52,976 bases of DNA from Bacilli bacterium. GTDB taxonomy: Bacteria > Bacillota_I > Bacilli_A > RFN20 > CAG-826. Location: NCBI GenBank assembly GCA_050874705.1, contig JBNMLE010000003.1, positions 1 to 52,976 of the forward strand, in the 5' to 3' direction. A program made the position numbers and the translations under genes. Positions 28,880 to 37,723 of this stretch are shown piece by piece. The first letter of the stretch is position 1; each line of letters starts with the position of its first letter. The notes below the pieces were generated by a model. That model saw only the letters and a list, made by a program, of their open reading frames with translations, had not been told where the DNA came from and did not search any database.

Positions 28880-28895
28880 ATTAATAATTAAATGA

Positions 28896-30269
28896 TTAGA
28901 AGAATCTACCGATTAAATCACGGCTATATTCGACTGTTTCTTCCATATCGCCGAATGCCATAACTTCACCAGCATAGAAGGTGTTGTTTTCACCTTGCAT
29001 ACCTTCAACCTTATCATACCATCCATCAGCGTAATCTTTTGAAGAAACGTGTGGGAAGTAATACCAGTCATCGATACGTTCAACTTTTTCAACTGGACGT
29101 TTGCAGATTTCCATATCTTTTAATGTTGTTTCTTTAGCAACTTCGAATGGAACATCTTCCATACCTTCGTGATTGCGGAGTGTGAATGTAACGAGTGGTT
29201 GATCTAAATCTTCTGGCCAACGATGATAGAAAACCATTAAGTGTCCTCTTGTTTCGTTTGTCATATTTTCGAAGAAGTAGTATGAGATATCAGGTGTATT
29301 TCCTTCAGCAGTGCGAACCGCCATTGTGAAATATTCTTTATGAACAATTTTTGAGAATAATTCTTTTTCTTTTTCGTTTGGATCACCATATTTGAGGAAT
29401 AATTCAAGTGGTGTACAAATAATTAATTTATCGAATACTTCAACTTTTCCATTTACTGTGATGTAAACTTTGCCGTCTTTTCTTTCAACTTTTGTAACTT
29501 CGCTATTTAATAATGCTGGATGTTTAAGATGGCTATTAACACCTTCCCAAATGGATTGAGTACCATTTTTCCATGTCCAGAGCTTACCTGTTGAAAGGAA
29601 TTGCTTTACTGTAAATGCATCCAAATATTTTAAAACATAAGCTGCAGGAATTTCATCGAAATAACCATAACCAAATGATGTGAATGGTCCTTTCCAAACT
29701 GTTGTAGCGGCTTCACATTTGTTAAGTTTAAGGAATTCACTAAATGGCATGCACAAATCCTTAAGATTTGGGTTTTCGCCTTCAATATGTGCAAGTTTCA
29801 TTTTTGGTGATGGGCAAAGACCTTCATATCTTCCTTGTGCAACGCCTCTATGACCATTGACGTCATATCCTTTATATTTGGTGTCAAGAAGTCTTGATAA
29901 TTTGTTAAGTTTCATAAGCATATTTAACTTAACATGTAGTGGACGTTTTACTTCTTTTCCATCAACAGTCATAAATTTACGACCCATCTTAGGACCATCT
30001 AAGTGTGATGCGCCACCGAATTCTTCACATTCACGGACTGCGAAATAAGTATCACAACCCATAACAGCGCCCATTTCAATAGTCTTATCAACCCATTCGC
30101 CATTTGCTGTTTTTACTTTCATTAATGGTGAAAATGCTTTGCCACCAACGCGGTTTGATTTTTCGTAGATGACATAATTGTTGTATCCTTTTTTCTCAAG
30201 ATACATAGCTGCTGACGTTCCGGCTGGACCGCCACCAATGATGCAGATTCTTTGATTTAAATCCTTCAT
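28896..30269 (-). CDS. FAD-dependent polyunsaturated fatty-acid (linoleate) isomerase homologue, PAI-like
   Basis: GGGPAG FAD motif; EMGAVMG, PFTSFGYGYFDEIPAAYVLKYLD, HLMVFYHRW, WYYFPHVSSKDYADGWYDKVEGMQG closely match C. acnes PAI as recalled. Confidence 0.82.
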   Translation of the reverse strand: MKDLNQRICIIGGGPAGTSAAMYLEKKGYNNYVIYEKSNRVGGKAFSPLMKVKTANGEWVDKTIEMGAVMGCDTYFAVRECEEFGGASHLDGPKMGRKFMTVDGKEVKRPLHVKLNMLMKLNKLSRLLDTKYKGYDVNGHRGVAQGRYEGLCPSPKMKLAHIEGENPNLKDLCMPFSEFLKLNKCEAATTVWKGPFTSFGYGYFDEIPAAYVLKYLDAFTVKQFLSTGKLWTWKNGTQSIWEGVNSHLKHPALLNSEVTKVERKDGKVYITVNGKVEVFDKLIICTPLELFLKYGDPNEKEKELFSKIVHKEYFTMAVRTAEGNTPDISYYFFENMTNETRGHLMVFYHRWPEDLDQPLVTFTLRNHEGMEDVPFEVAKETTLKDMEICKRPVEKVERIDDWYYFPHVSSKDYADGWYDKVEGMQGENNTFYAGEVMAFGDMEETVEYSRDLIGRFF

Positions 30270-30390
30270 TTTAATTTTTTCTCCATAAAGAAGTTGTGCT
30301 TCTTGTTAGCATTAGTTTATTACTAAAAAATTAAGGTGGCGAAAAAATTTTTCAAAATATACATATAATCGGTATTTTTTTATTGAATTA

Positions 30391-31062
30391 TTATTTTTCA
30401 ATATATTCTTTAATTTGATTTTCTAAATAAGTAGTCAATTCATCGATGCCTTCACCATTTTTAGCAGAAGTGACAAAAAGTGGGATATTTTTGTTACGAA
30501 TTCTAATATTAGATTTTGCTCGTTCAATATCAAAATCAAATAGGTCTTTAACATCAGCTTTTGTAATAGCAATTAAATCAGCTACTTCAAACATAAGAGG
30601 ATATTTTAAAGGCTTATCGTCGCCTTCGTTTGTAGAAAGAAGAACGAGATTTTTTGTAGCACCAGTATCAAATTCAGCAGGGCAGACTAAATTGCCAATG
30701 TTTTCAAGAATGACAACATCTAAATCGTCAACTCCAAGAGCGATAAGAGCTTCTCGAGACATTTGGCAAGTTATATGACACGCCCCCATAGTGTGCATTT
30801 GAATTGTTTTGACACCTAGACTATTTATCGTTTTAGCGTCTACATCGCTATCAATATCTGCTTCAATAACTCCAATTCTATATTTACTTTTCAATTTATT
30901 GATTAAAGAAGTAAGAAGGGTTGTTTTCCCGCTTCCTGGTGAAGACATAACATTTAAATAAAACACATGTTTGTTTTTTAAATTTTCTCGTATATCTTTT
31001 GCTTCTTTGTTATTTCTTGAGATTATATCTTCTTTGATTTCTACAATTTTAATATCGTTCAT
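30391..31062 (-). CDS. hypB: Nickel-insertion GTPase HypB (copy 2)
   Basis: SSPGSGKTT, TMGACHIT, ENIGNLVCPAEFD, EGDDKPLKYP, TKAD. Confidence 0.92.
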   Translation of the reverse strand: MNDIKIVEIKEDIISRNNKEAKDIRENLKNKHVFYLNVMSSPGSGKTTLLTSLINKLKSKYRIGVIEADIDSDVDAKTINSLGVKTIQMHTMGACHITCQMSREALIALGVDDLDVVILENIGNLVCPAEFDTGATKNLVLLSTNEGDDKPLKYPLMFEVADLIAITKADVKDLFDFDIERAKSNIRIRNKNIPLFVTSAKNGEGIDELTTYLENQIKEYIEK

Positions 31063-31210
31063 ATTTTTCCTCTTTTATTATTATAAACGCTTATAACAAT
31101 TTTTTGTTCAATAAATCATGACGAGGCGAAACACAACATGGTAAATTTACTTTTTCGATTAAGAGATGTAAATATATTAGTATTTTTTATTTTAATAAGG
31201 GGTAAACAAT

Positions 31211-31966
31211 ATGAAAAAATCATCAACAATTGCATTGAGTCTTATTTCAGTTTTAGCGTTGGCAAGCTGCGATAAGCAAATCACCAAAGAAGAATATTTG
31301 CAAGCGGTAGGCAATCACGAAATAACTGAGTATAAAACATTTATTAAACAATACAATAGTATCGAATATGTCTCTACAAAACAAGGCAACGCGATTCCAA
31401 GAAAACCTTCTGTAGCTTTTATGTTTGCTGATTTCACTGATGATGATGACCCACAATATTTCAGTTTTTCAGGAGGTCAAACATCCAGTGATGATCTTCT
31501 TGATATTACGCTTTATCAAGAATCATATATGAGAAGATCCGGTTCAAATTATGTTTTAGTAGATAAAGATTGGAAAAATCAAAGTAATTCGAAAGAATAT
31601 TTCTATAAAACTGCCGAAGAAGCTAAACAAGCCTTATATTTAAGAGTGGAAAGTAAAATAAGACATGTCAACGAAGAATGGCTTCGTATTAATGACGATG
31701 CTACTTTATTTTCTTCTGAAAATGGATACAAAGTAAAAGATAGTTCATTTATATATAATCTCAACGAAAATGGATTTGAAACTTCCGTTGTTGCGGATTT
31801 TGAAGGCAATAAAGTAAGAGGCTTATTTGATTACGATGTCGAAATTAACAGAGATATTTTTGGAAAAGATTTTTATAATGCTCAATCTGTTGTAAGACAA
31901 TATGTTACTGTTGAAAATCTTTTCGACGGAATGGGCAAAGTTATTATTAATTTCAAAAATGATTAG
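31211..31966 (+). CDS. Hypothetical lipoprotein
   Basis: MKK..., hydrophobic core, LASC lipobox. Confidence 0.75.
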   Translation: MKKSSTIALSLISVLALASCDKQITKEEYLQAVGNHEITEYKTFIKQYNSIEYVSTKQGNAIPRKPSVAFMFADFTDDDDPQYFSFSGGQTSSDDLLDITLYQESYMRRSGSNYVLVDKDWKNQSNSKEYFYKTAEEAKQALYLRVESKIRHVNEEWLRINDDATLFSSENGYKVKDSSFIYNLNENGFETSVVADFEGNKVRGLFDYDVEINRDIFGKDFYNAQSVVRQYVTVENLFDGMGKVIINFKND

Positions 31967-32267
31967 ATAATATTTTATTTAATATTATTGCTTTGATTTA
32001 TATCGTTTTTTAGTTTTTACAATATTTAGTTTATTAAAAAACAAATTTAAAATAACTCAGACTATTTTTTTGTTATATTTTTTAAAAAAATATATTTTTA
32101 ATATATTAACTATTGTGATGTTGATTTAGCAAAATCTTAAATTAAGAATCGGTTTTATTTAAAATGAGTTTTTAGTTTAAGAATTATGCTTTACAACGAT
32201 TTTCAGCATATAAAACTTTACTTAACTATATAGTTAAGATAAAATAAACGCCTAAGGAAGTATTATT

Positions 32268-33374
32268 ATGTCACTTAAAGCAGGTATTGTTGGCCTTCCA
32301 AATGTAGGAAAATCTACATTATTTAACGCCATCACAAATTCACATGTTGAAGCAGCGAATTATCCGTTTGCTACTATAAATCCAAACACTGGAGTAGTTA
32401 ATGTTCCAGATGAAAGGCTTAACTATCTTACAAATCTTTTTAAACCAAAACGCACAATTCAAGCAACTTTTGAATTTTACGATATTGCTGGACTTGTAAG
32501 AGGCGCAAGCAAAGGCGAAGGATTAGGAAATCAATTTCTTGGCCATATTAGAGAATGCGATGCGATTGTAGAAGTTGTTCGTTGTTTTGATTCAAATGAA
32601 ATTATTCACGTTGATGAAAGTGTTGATCCTAAACGCGATATTGAGACAATCAATCTAGAACTTGCAATGGCGGATTTAGCAACAGTTGAAAAACGTATTG
32701 CGGCTATATCAAATAAAGCTCGCATAAACAAAGACAAAGAATCAACTTATGAAATGTCTCTTCTTGAACCTTTGCATGAAATATTGCTTAAAGGCGAACC
32801 AGCAAGACTTCTTAATATGAAAGATGAAGATTTTGAATTTGCTTTTAAAAATTATCATTTATTGACTTTAAAACCGATAATTTATGTGGCTAACGTATCT
32901 GACAGCGATTATATGGATTTAGATAATTGTAAATATTTAAATGTAGTAAAAGAAATAGCTAATAAAGAAGGATCACAAGTAATACCAATTTCTTGTGAAA
33001 TAGAATATGAACTTTCTTCACTAAGCAAAGAAGAAAGAATGGAATATCTACAATCATTAGGCGCGAATGAATCAGGATTGGATAAGGTTATTAAATCGGT
33101 TTATAAATTATTAAATCTTGAAACATTCTTTACAGTCGGGCCAGATGAATGTAGAGCATGGACATTCCATAAAGGTATGTTAGCACCTCAATGTGCTGGT
33201 ATAATTCATACAGATTTCGAAAAAGGCTTCATCAAAGCGGAAATTTATTCCTTTGATGATTTAACAAAATATGGCAGTGAACTTGCTTTAAAAGAAGCAG
33301 GAAAAATAAGAATGGAAGGCAAAACTTACATCATGCAAGATGGCGATATTGCTTTCTTTAGATTTAATGTATAA
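32268..33374 (+). CDS. ychF: Redox-regulated ATPase YchF
   Basis: GIVGLPNVGKST, ANYPFAT, DIAGLV, GEGLGNQFL, IHTDFEKGFI. Confidence 0.97.
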   Translation: MSLKAGIVGLPNVGKSTLFNAITNSHVEAANYPFATINPNTGVVNVPDERLNYLTNLFKPKRTIQATFEFYDIAGLVRGASKGEGLGNQFLGHIRECDAIVEVVRCFDSNEIIHVDESVDPKRDIETINLELAMADLATVEKRIAAISNKARINKDKESTYEMSLLEPLHEILLKGEPARLLNMKDEDFEFAFKNYHLLTLKPIIYVANVSDSDYMDLDNCKYLNVVKEIANKEGSQVIPISCEIEYELSSLSKEERMEYLQSLGANESGLDKVIKSVYKLLNLETFFTVGPDECRAWTFHKGMLAPQCAGIIHTDFEKGFIKAEIYSFDDLTKYGSELALKEAGKIRMEGKTYIMQDGDIAFFRFNV

Positions 33375-33382
33375 GGAGGAAA

Positions 33383-33862
33383 ATGATGTTTAGAATTGGA
33401 TTTAGTGAAGATATTCATCCATTTAAAGAAGGAAGAAAATTATTTTTAGGTGGAATTGAAATTCCAAACGAAGTTGGACTAGATGGTCACAGCGACGCTG
33501 ATGTTGTTTTACATGCAGTTAGCGAAAGCATTTTAGGCGCTATGACATATGGTGATTTAGGTCATTTATTTCCTGACGACGATCCAAAATATGAAGGCAT
33601 TTCAAGTGTTGAAATATTAAAAGAAGTTGTTTATATAATGAAAAAAGAAGGATTTAAAATCAATAATATTGATATTCAAATCGCAACTGCTCATCCAAAA
33701 TTAAGCAATTATATTGTTAAGATGAGAGAAAACATTGCTGAAATTCTTGAAACAAGACCAATTAATGTTTCAATTAAAGCAATGTCTAACAATGGTGTTG
33801 GTCCAATTGGAGAAGGAAAGGCTTGTAAAGCACAAGCTTTTGTATTTTTAAAACATAAATAA
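33383..33862 (+). CDS. ispF: 2-C-methyl-D-erythritol 2,4-cyclodiphosphate synthase
   Basis: RIG..DIH, GHSDADV, GDLGHLFPD. Confidence 0.93.
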   Translation: MMFRIGFSEDIHPFKEGRKLFLGGIEIPNEVGLDGHSDADVVLHAVSESILGAMTYGDLGHLFPDDDPKYEGISSVEILKEVVYIMKKEGFKINNIDIQIATAHPKLSNYIVKMRENIAEILETRPINVSIKAMSNNGVGPIGEGKACKAQAFVFLKHK

Positions 33863-33910
33863 ACTATTGATTGAGTAATATTACTCTTATATAATAAGGC
33901 GTTAAAAATT

Positions 33911-35536
33911 ATGAATATTGAATTGTTACTAAAAGAAAAAATAATAAAATGTCTCAAAGAAGAAGGAGTCGAAGCATCAATTAATGATGTAATTATCGAA
34001 AACTCAAAGACCCCTGAACACGGAGACTACGCAACAAATGCGGCATTAAAATTTGCATCTAGACTTCATTTAGCGCCTAGAATTTTAGCTGAAAAAATTG
34101 TTTCTACCATCGATAAAGAAGGTATAGAAAAAATTGAAATCGCTGGTCCTGGATTTATCAATTTCTTTATGAAAAAAGATATGATGAATTCCGTTATTGA
34201 AAAAATTATTAATGAAGATGTTAATTATGGACGAGGCGAAAACAAAAATTTAAAAGTTAATGTTGAATTTGTATCCGCAAACCCAACTGGTGATCTTCAC
34301 GTTGGTCATGCTCGTATAGCGGCAGTAGGTGACAGCATTTGTCGTTTATATGATTTCGCTGGTTATGATGTAACTAGAGAATATTATGTGAATAATGCTG
34401 GTAATCAAATTTATACTTTAGGATTATCTCTTGAAGTTAGATATCATCAACTTAATGGTGAAAATGTTGAGCTTCCTGAAGATAGTTATCACGCTCATGA
34501 TATTGTTGATATTGCAACAAAATTTAACAATTTATACGGAACAAAATATCTAGAAAAAACAAAAGAGAACTTTGATTTCTTAACCAAATTTGGTATGGAA
34601 GAAGAATTGAATAAAATCTGGAGAGATCTCGATTTATTCCGTGTTCATTTTGATATAGTTAGTCTTGAAACAGATATTAGAAAAAATAATCATGTTCAAG
34701 AAGTTTTAGATACAAAATTTAAAGAATATTCTTATGTAGATGATGGTGCAACATTTTTAAGAACAACAGCTTTCTTAGATGATAAAGATCGCTGTGTTGT
34801 TAAAAAAGATGGTTCATATACTTATATGATGCCTGATATTGCATACCACTTAAATAAATTATCTAGAGGATACGATTTATTAATTGATGTTCTTGGAGCC
34901 GACCATCACGGATACATTAACCGTATGAAATCCGCTTTTATGATGCAAGGTTATTCAAAAGACACATTAGAAATTGAACTAATTCAAATTGTTCGTCTTA
35001 TTAAAGATGGTAAAGAAGTAAAAATGTCTAAAAGAACAGGTGCAGGCATTTCATTAAGGGAACTTTGTGAAGAAGTTGGTGTTGATGCTGCTAGATATTT
35101 CTTTGTTTCTCGTGCTGCAAGCGCTCATTTAGATTTTGATTTAAATTTAGCTCTTGAACACAATTCATCAAATCCTGTTTATTATGCTCAATATGCTCAT
35201 GCAAGACTTTGCAAAGTCCTTGAGCTTGCAAATGATATTGAATTGAATATCAAAAATCCTAAGCTTTCTAACAAATATGAAATTGAATTATTAAAATGCT
35301 TAGGTGATTTTCCAAAGGTTGTTCAAAATGCCGCGATTAAACGCGCTCCACACCTTATGGCTAATTATATTCAAGAATTGGCAAGTCTTATTCACTCTTT
35401 CTATACAGAATGTAGATTGATTGATAGAGATAATATTGAGATTACATCATCGCGATTAGCTTTAGCTAAAGCCGCACAAATAGTAATGAAAAATGCATTG
35501 AATTTAATTGGGGTTTCTGCCCCAAAAAATATGTAG
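33911..35536 (+). CDS. argS: Arginine--tRNA ligase
   Basis: GPGFINF, SANPTGDLHVGH, GADHHGY, KMSKR, YAQYAHAR. Confidence 0.97.
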   Translation: MNIELLLKEKIIKCLKEEGVEASINDVIIENSKTPEHGDYATNAALKFASRLHLAPRILAEKIVSTIDKEGIEKIEIAGPGFINFFMKKDMMNSVIEKIINEDVNYGRGENKNLKVNVEFVSANPTGDLHVGHARIAAVGDSICRLYDFAGYDVTREYYVNNAGNQIYTLGLSLEVRYHQLNGENVELPEDSYHAHDIVDIATKFNNLYGTKYLEKTKENFDFLTKFGMEEELNKIWRDLDLFRVHFDIVSLETDIRKNNHVQEVLDTKFKEYSYVDDGATFLRTTAFLDDKDRCVVKKDGSYTYMMPDIAYHLNKLSRGYDLLIDVLGADHHGYINRMKSAFMMQGYSKDTLEIELIQIVRLIKDGKEVKMSKRTGAGISLRELCEEVGVDAARYFFVSRAASAHLDFDLNLALEHNSSNPVYYAQYAHARLCKVLELANDIELNIKNPKLSNKYEIELLKCLGDFPKVVQNAAIKRAPHLMANYIQELASLIHSFYTECRLIDRDNIEITSSRLALAKAAQIVMKNALNLIGVSAPKNM

Positions 35537-35553
35537 AAAAGAGGATTATTCTT

Positions 35554-35970
35554 ATGACATCAAAAGCATTAATAGAATATGCAAATGACGCTTTAACACT
35601 TTCAAATGGTTCTTTAAATTTTAAGGATTTATTTGATAAAGCAATTTCTTTATCTGGTCTAGAATTAACTGAGTCTGAAACAAAATCAAAAATGGCTTCA
35701 TTATATACTCAACTTACATGCGACGGACGTTTCGCTTTATTAGATGATGGAAAATGGGATTTACGTTCACGACATTCATTTGAGCAAGTCCATGTAAACC
35801 TTGATGCCTTTGATGACGATGATATTGGCGAAGATGATGAAGAAGAAAAAACACTTCTTAAAGCCGAACTTGGCGAAGATGCATCAGATGATGATAAAGA
35901 CGATTCATCCGATAGTGATGATATCGATTTTGATAAACCAAAGAAAGATGTCGAAGACGAAGATTATTAA
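35554..35970 (+). CDS. rpoE: RNA polymerase delta subunit
   Basis: LYTQLTCDGRF..L..GKWDLR plus acidic tail; follows argS. Confidence 0.9.
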   Translation: MTSKALIEYANDALTLSNGSLNFKDLFDKAISLSGLELTESETKSKMASLYTQLTCDGRFALLDDGKWDLRSRHSFEQVHVNLDAFDDDDIGEDDEEEKTLLKAELGEDASDDDKDDSSDSDDIDFDKPKKDVEDEDY

Positions 35971-36929
35971 TGGATAAAGCAGCTAAACAAATATATAAAT
36001 TAATAAAAAAGTATGATATTATCACAATTCACGGACATATAAATCCTGATTGCGATTGTTATGGTAGTTCTCTAGGATTAAGAGAAATTTTGAGAGATAA
36101 ATTTAAAAATAAAAAGATTTACTCTTTAGGTTATGGTAGCGACGCGCTTTATGATATTTTAGGAAAATATGATGAAGTTGATGATGAAACAGTCAAAAAC
36201 TCATTAGCGATTGTTGTGGATTGTTCTGAAACATCAAGAGTTATGGATCAAAGAGTGGTGACCGCTAAACAAATTGTAAAAATTGATCACCATATCGAAT
36301 CTACTCCATTCATTGGTTATAAATGGGTTGATAATGGTTCAATTGCATGTGCTCAAATGATTGCGGAATTTGCTTTTCATTTTCATTTAAAAGTCTCACC
36401 AAAAGCCGCCAATTTATTGTATCTTGGTATTTGCACTGATTCAGGAAGATTTAGATATGCTCCAACTAATGCAAAAACTCATAGAATTGTTGCTAAGTTA
36501 TATGAACTTGGAGCGGACCCAAAGCCACTTTTTGATAGACTTTATCAATCAGAAGCAATTTATGTAAAATATCAAGCTTTGCTTGTTAGCAAATTTCAAA
36601 TTACCGAACATAAAGTTGTATATTGTTTCGCAGATGTCCCTGATTACGAACAATTTAATTTAAAATATGAACAAGTTTCTAAAAATGTTAATGTTATTGG
36701 AAATATAAAAGGCTGCCCAATATGGGTATTATTCACAAGAAGCCCTGAAGGAACAATTCGCGTTGAATTTAGAAGCAACGGACTTGATGTTCAAAAAATT
36801 GCTAAGAAATATGGCGGTGGTGGCCATAAATGCGCTTCTGGTGCAAGACTTGAAAATCAAAAAGATTTTTTATTAGCAATGAAAGTCGTTGAAGATTTAG
36901 ATAAATTAGCAATGGAGAATAATTATTAA
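35970..36929 (+). CDS. nrnA: DHH/DHHA1 nanoRNase/pAp phosphatase
   Basis: HINPDCD, VD, IDHH, TDSGRF, GGGGH. Confidence 0.85.
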   Translation: MDKAAKQIYKLIKKYDIITIHGHINPDCDCYGSSLGLREILRDKFKNKKIYSLGYGSDALYDILGKYDEVDDETVKNSLAIVVDCSETSRVMDQRVVTAKQIVKIDHHIESTPFIGYKWVDNGSIACAQMIAEFAFHFHLKVSPKAANLLYLGICTDSGRFRYAPTNAKTHRIVAKLYELGADPKPLFDRLYQSEAIYVKYQALLVSKFQITEHKVVYCFADVPDYEQFNLKYEQVSKNVNVIGNIKGCPIWVLFTRSPEGTIRVEFRSNGLDVQKIAKKYGGGGHKCASGARLENQKDFLLAMKVVEDLDKLAMENNY

Positions 36930-36930
36930 T

Positions 36931-37716
36931 ATGTATCAAAGAGAATTAAATGTTTGTATCGACGCTGTCATAAGTGCCTCAAAAATTATAATGGAAATTT
37001 ATAATTCAAATGATATGGCTGTTGAAATAAAATCAGATAATTCTCCTGTTACTAAAGCAGATAAAGCAGCGGATTTAATAATCCGCACTTTTTTGACCAC
37101 AAATTTTCCAACTTATGGTTTGTTGACTGAAGAATCAAGCGATAATTTAGACCGTCTTAAAAAAGATTATGTTTTTATTGTTGATCCAATTGACGGAACA
37201 AAAGAATATATCGCCCACACTGATGAATTTAGCGTTAATATTGGTCTTTCTTACAAACATGAAGTTGTTATGGGCGTTATTATGATTCCTGTAACAGGTG
37301 AAATATATTATGGAATTAAAGGCGATGGAGCATATTATTTAAAAGACGCTTCTTCAAAACCAATTAAAATACATGTTAATGATAAAACAAAAGATTTAAC
37401 TGTTTTAATGTCTAGATGTCACGCTAATAAGCAAGAATTTGATATGATTAAAAAACATAGCGACGTTATTAAAAACGAAAAAGCTGTTGGTGCAACTATC
37501 AAAGGTTGTTTAATTGCCAAAGGCGATGCTGAGTTATCATACAGATTTTCATCAAATACTAAAGAATGGGACACATGTGCAATGCAAGCAATTGTTGAAG
37601 CAGCAGGCGGATATATTCTTAAGTTTGATAAAACACCTATAAAATATAATCGCGAAGATGTGTATAATAGAGATGGATACATTATTATTAATTCATTAAA
37701 TAATTATTTATTGTAA
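36931..37716 (+). CDS. cysQ: CysQ-like 3'(2'),5'-bisphosphate nucleotidase (inositol monophosphatase family)
   Basis: KSDNSPVTKAD, DPIDGTKEY, MSRCH, EWDTCA. Confidence 0.8.
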   Translation: MYQRELNVCIDAVISASKIIMEIYNSNDMAVEIKSDNSPVTKADKAADLIIRTFLTTNFPTYGLLTEESSDNLDRLKKDYVFIVDPIDGTKEYIAHTDEFSVNIGLSYKHEVVMGVIMIPVTGEIYYGIKGDGAYYLKDASSKPIKIHVNDKTKDLTVLMSRCHANKQEFDMIKKHSDVIKNEKAVGATIKGCLIAKGDAELSYRFSSNTKEWDTCAMQAIVEAAGGYILKFDKTPIKYNREDVYNRDGYIIINSLNNYLL

Positions 37717-37723
37717 GGAGAAA

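Noticed and set aside
31967-32267. AT-rich gap as CRISPR array, origin or ncRNA
   Set aside because: No repeats, DnaA-box cluster or stable stems seen
33863-33910. T-box upstream of argS
   Set aside because: Only 48 bp, with no T-box sequence
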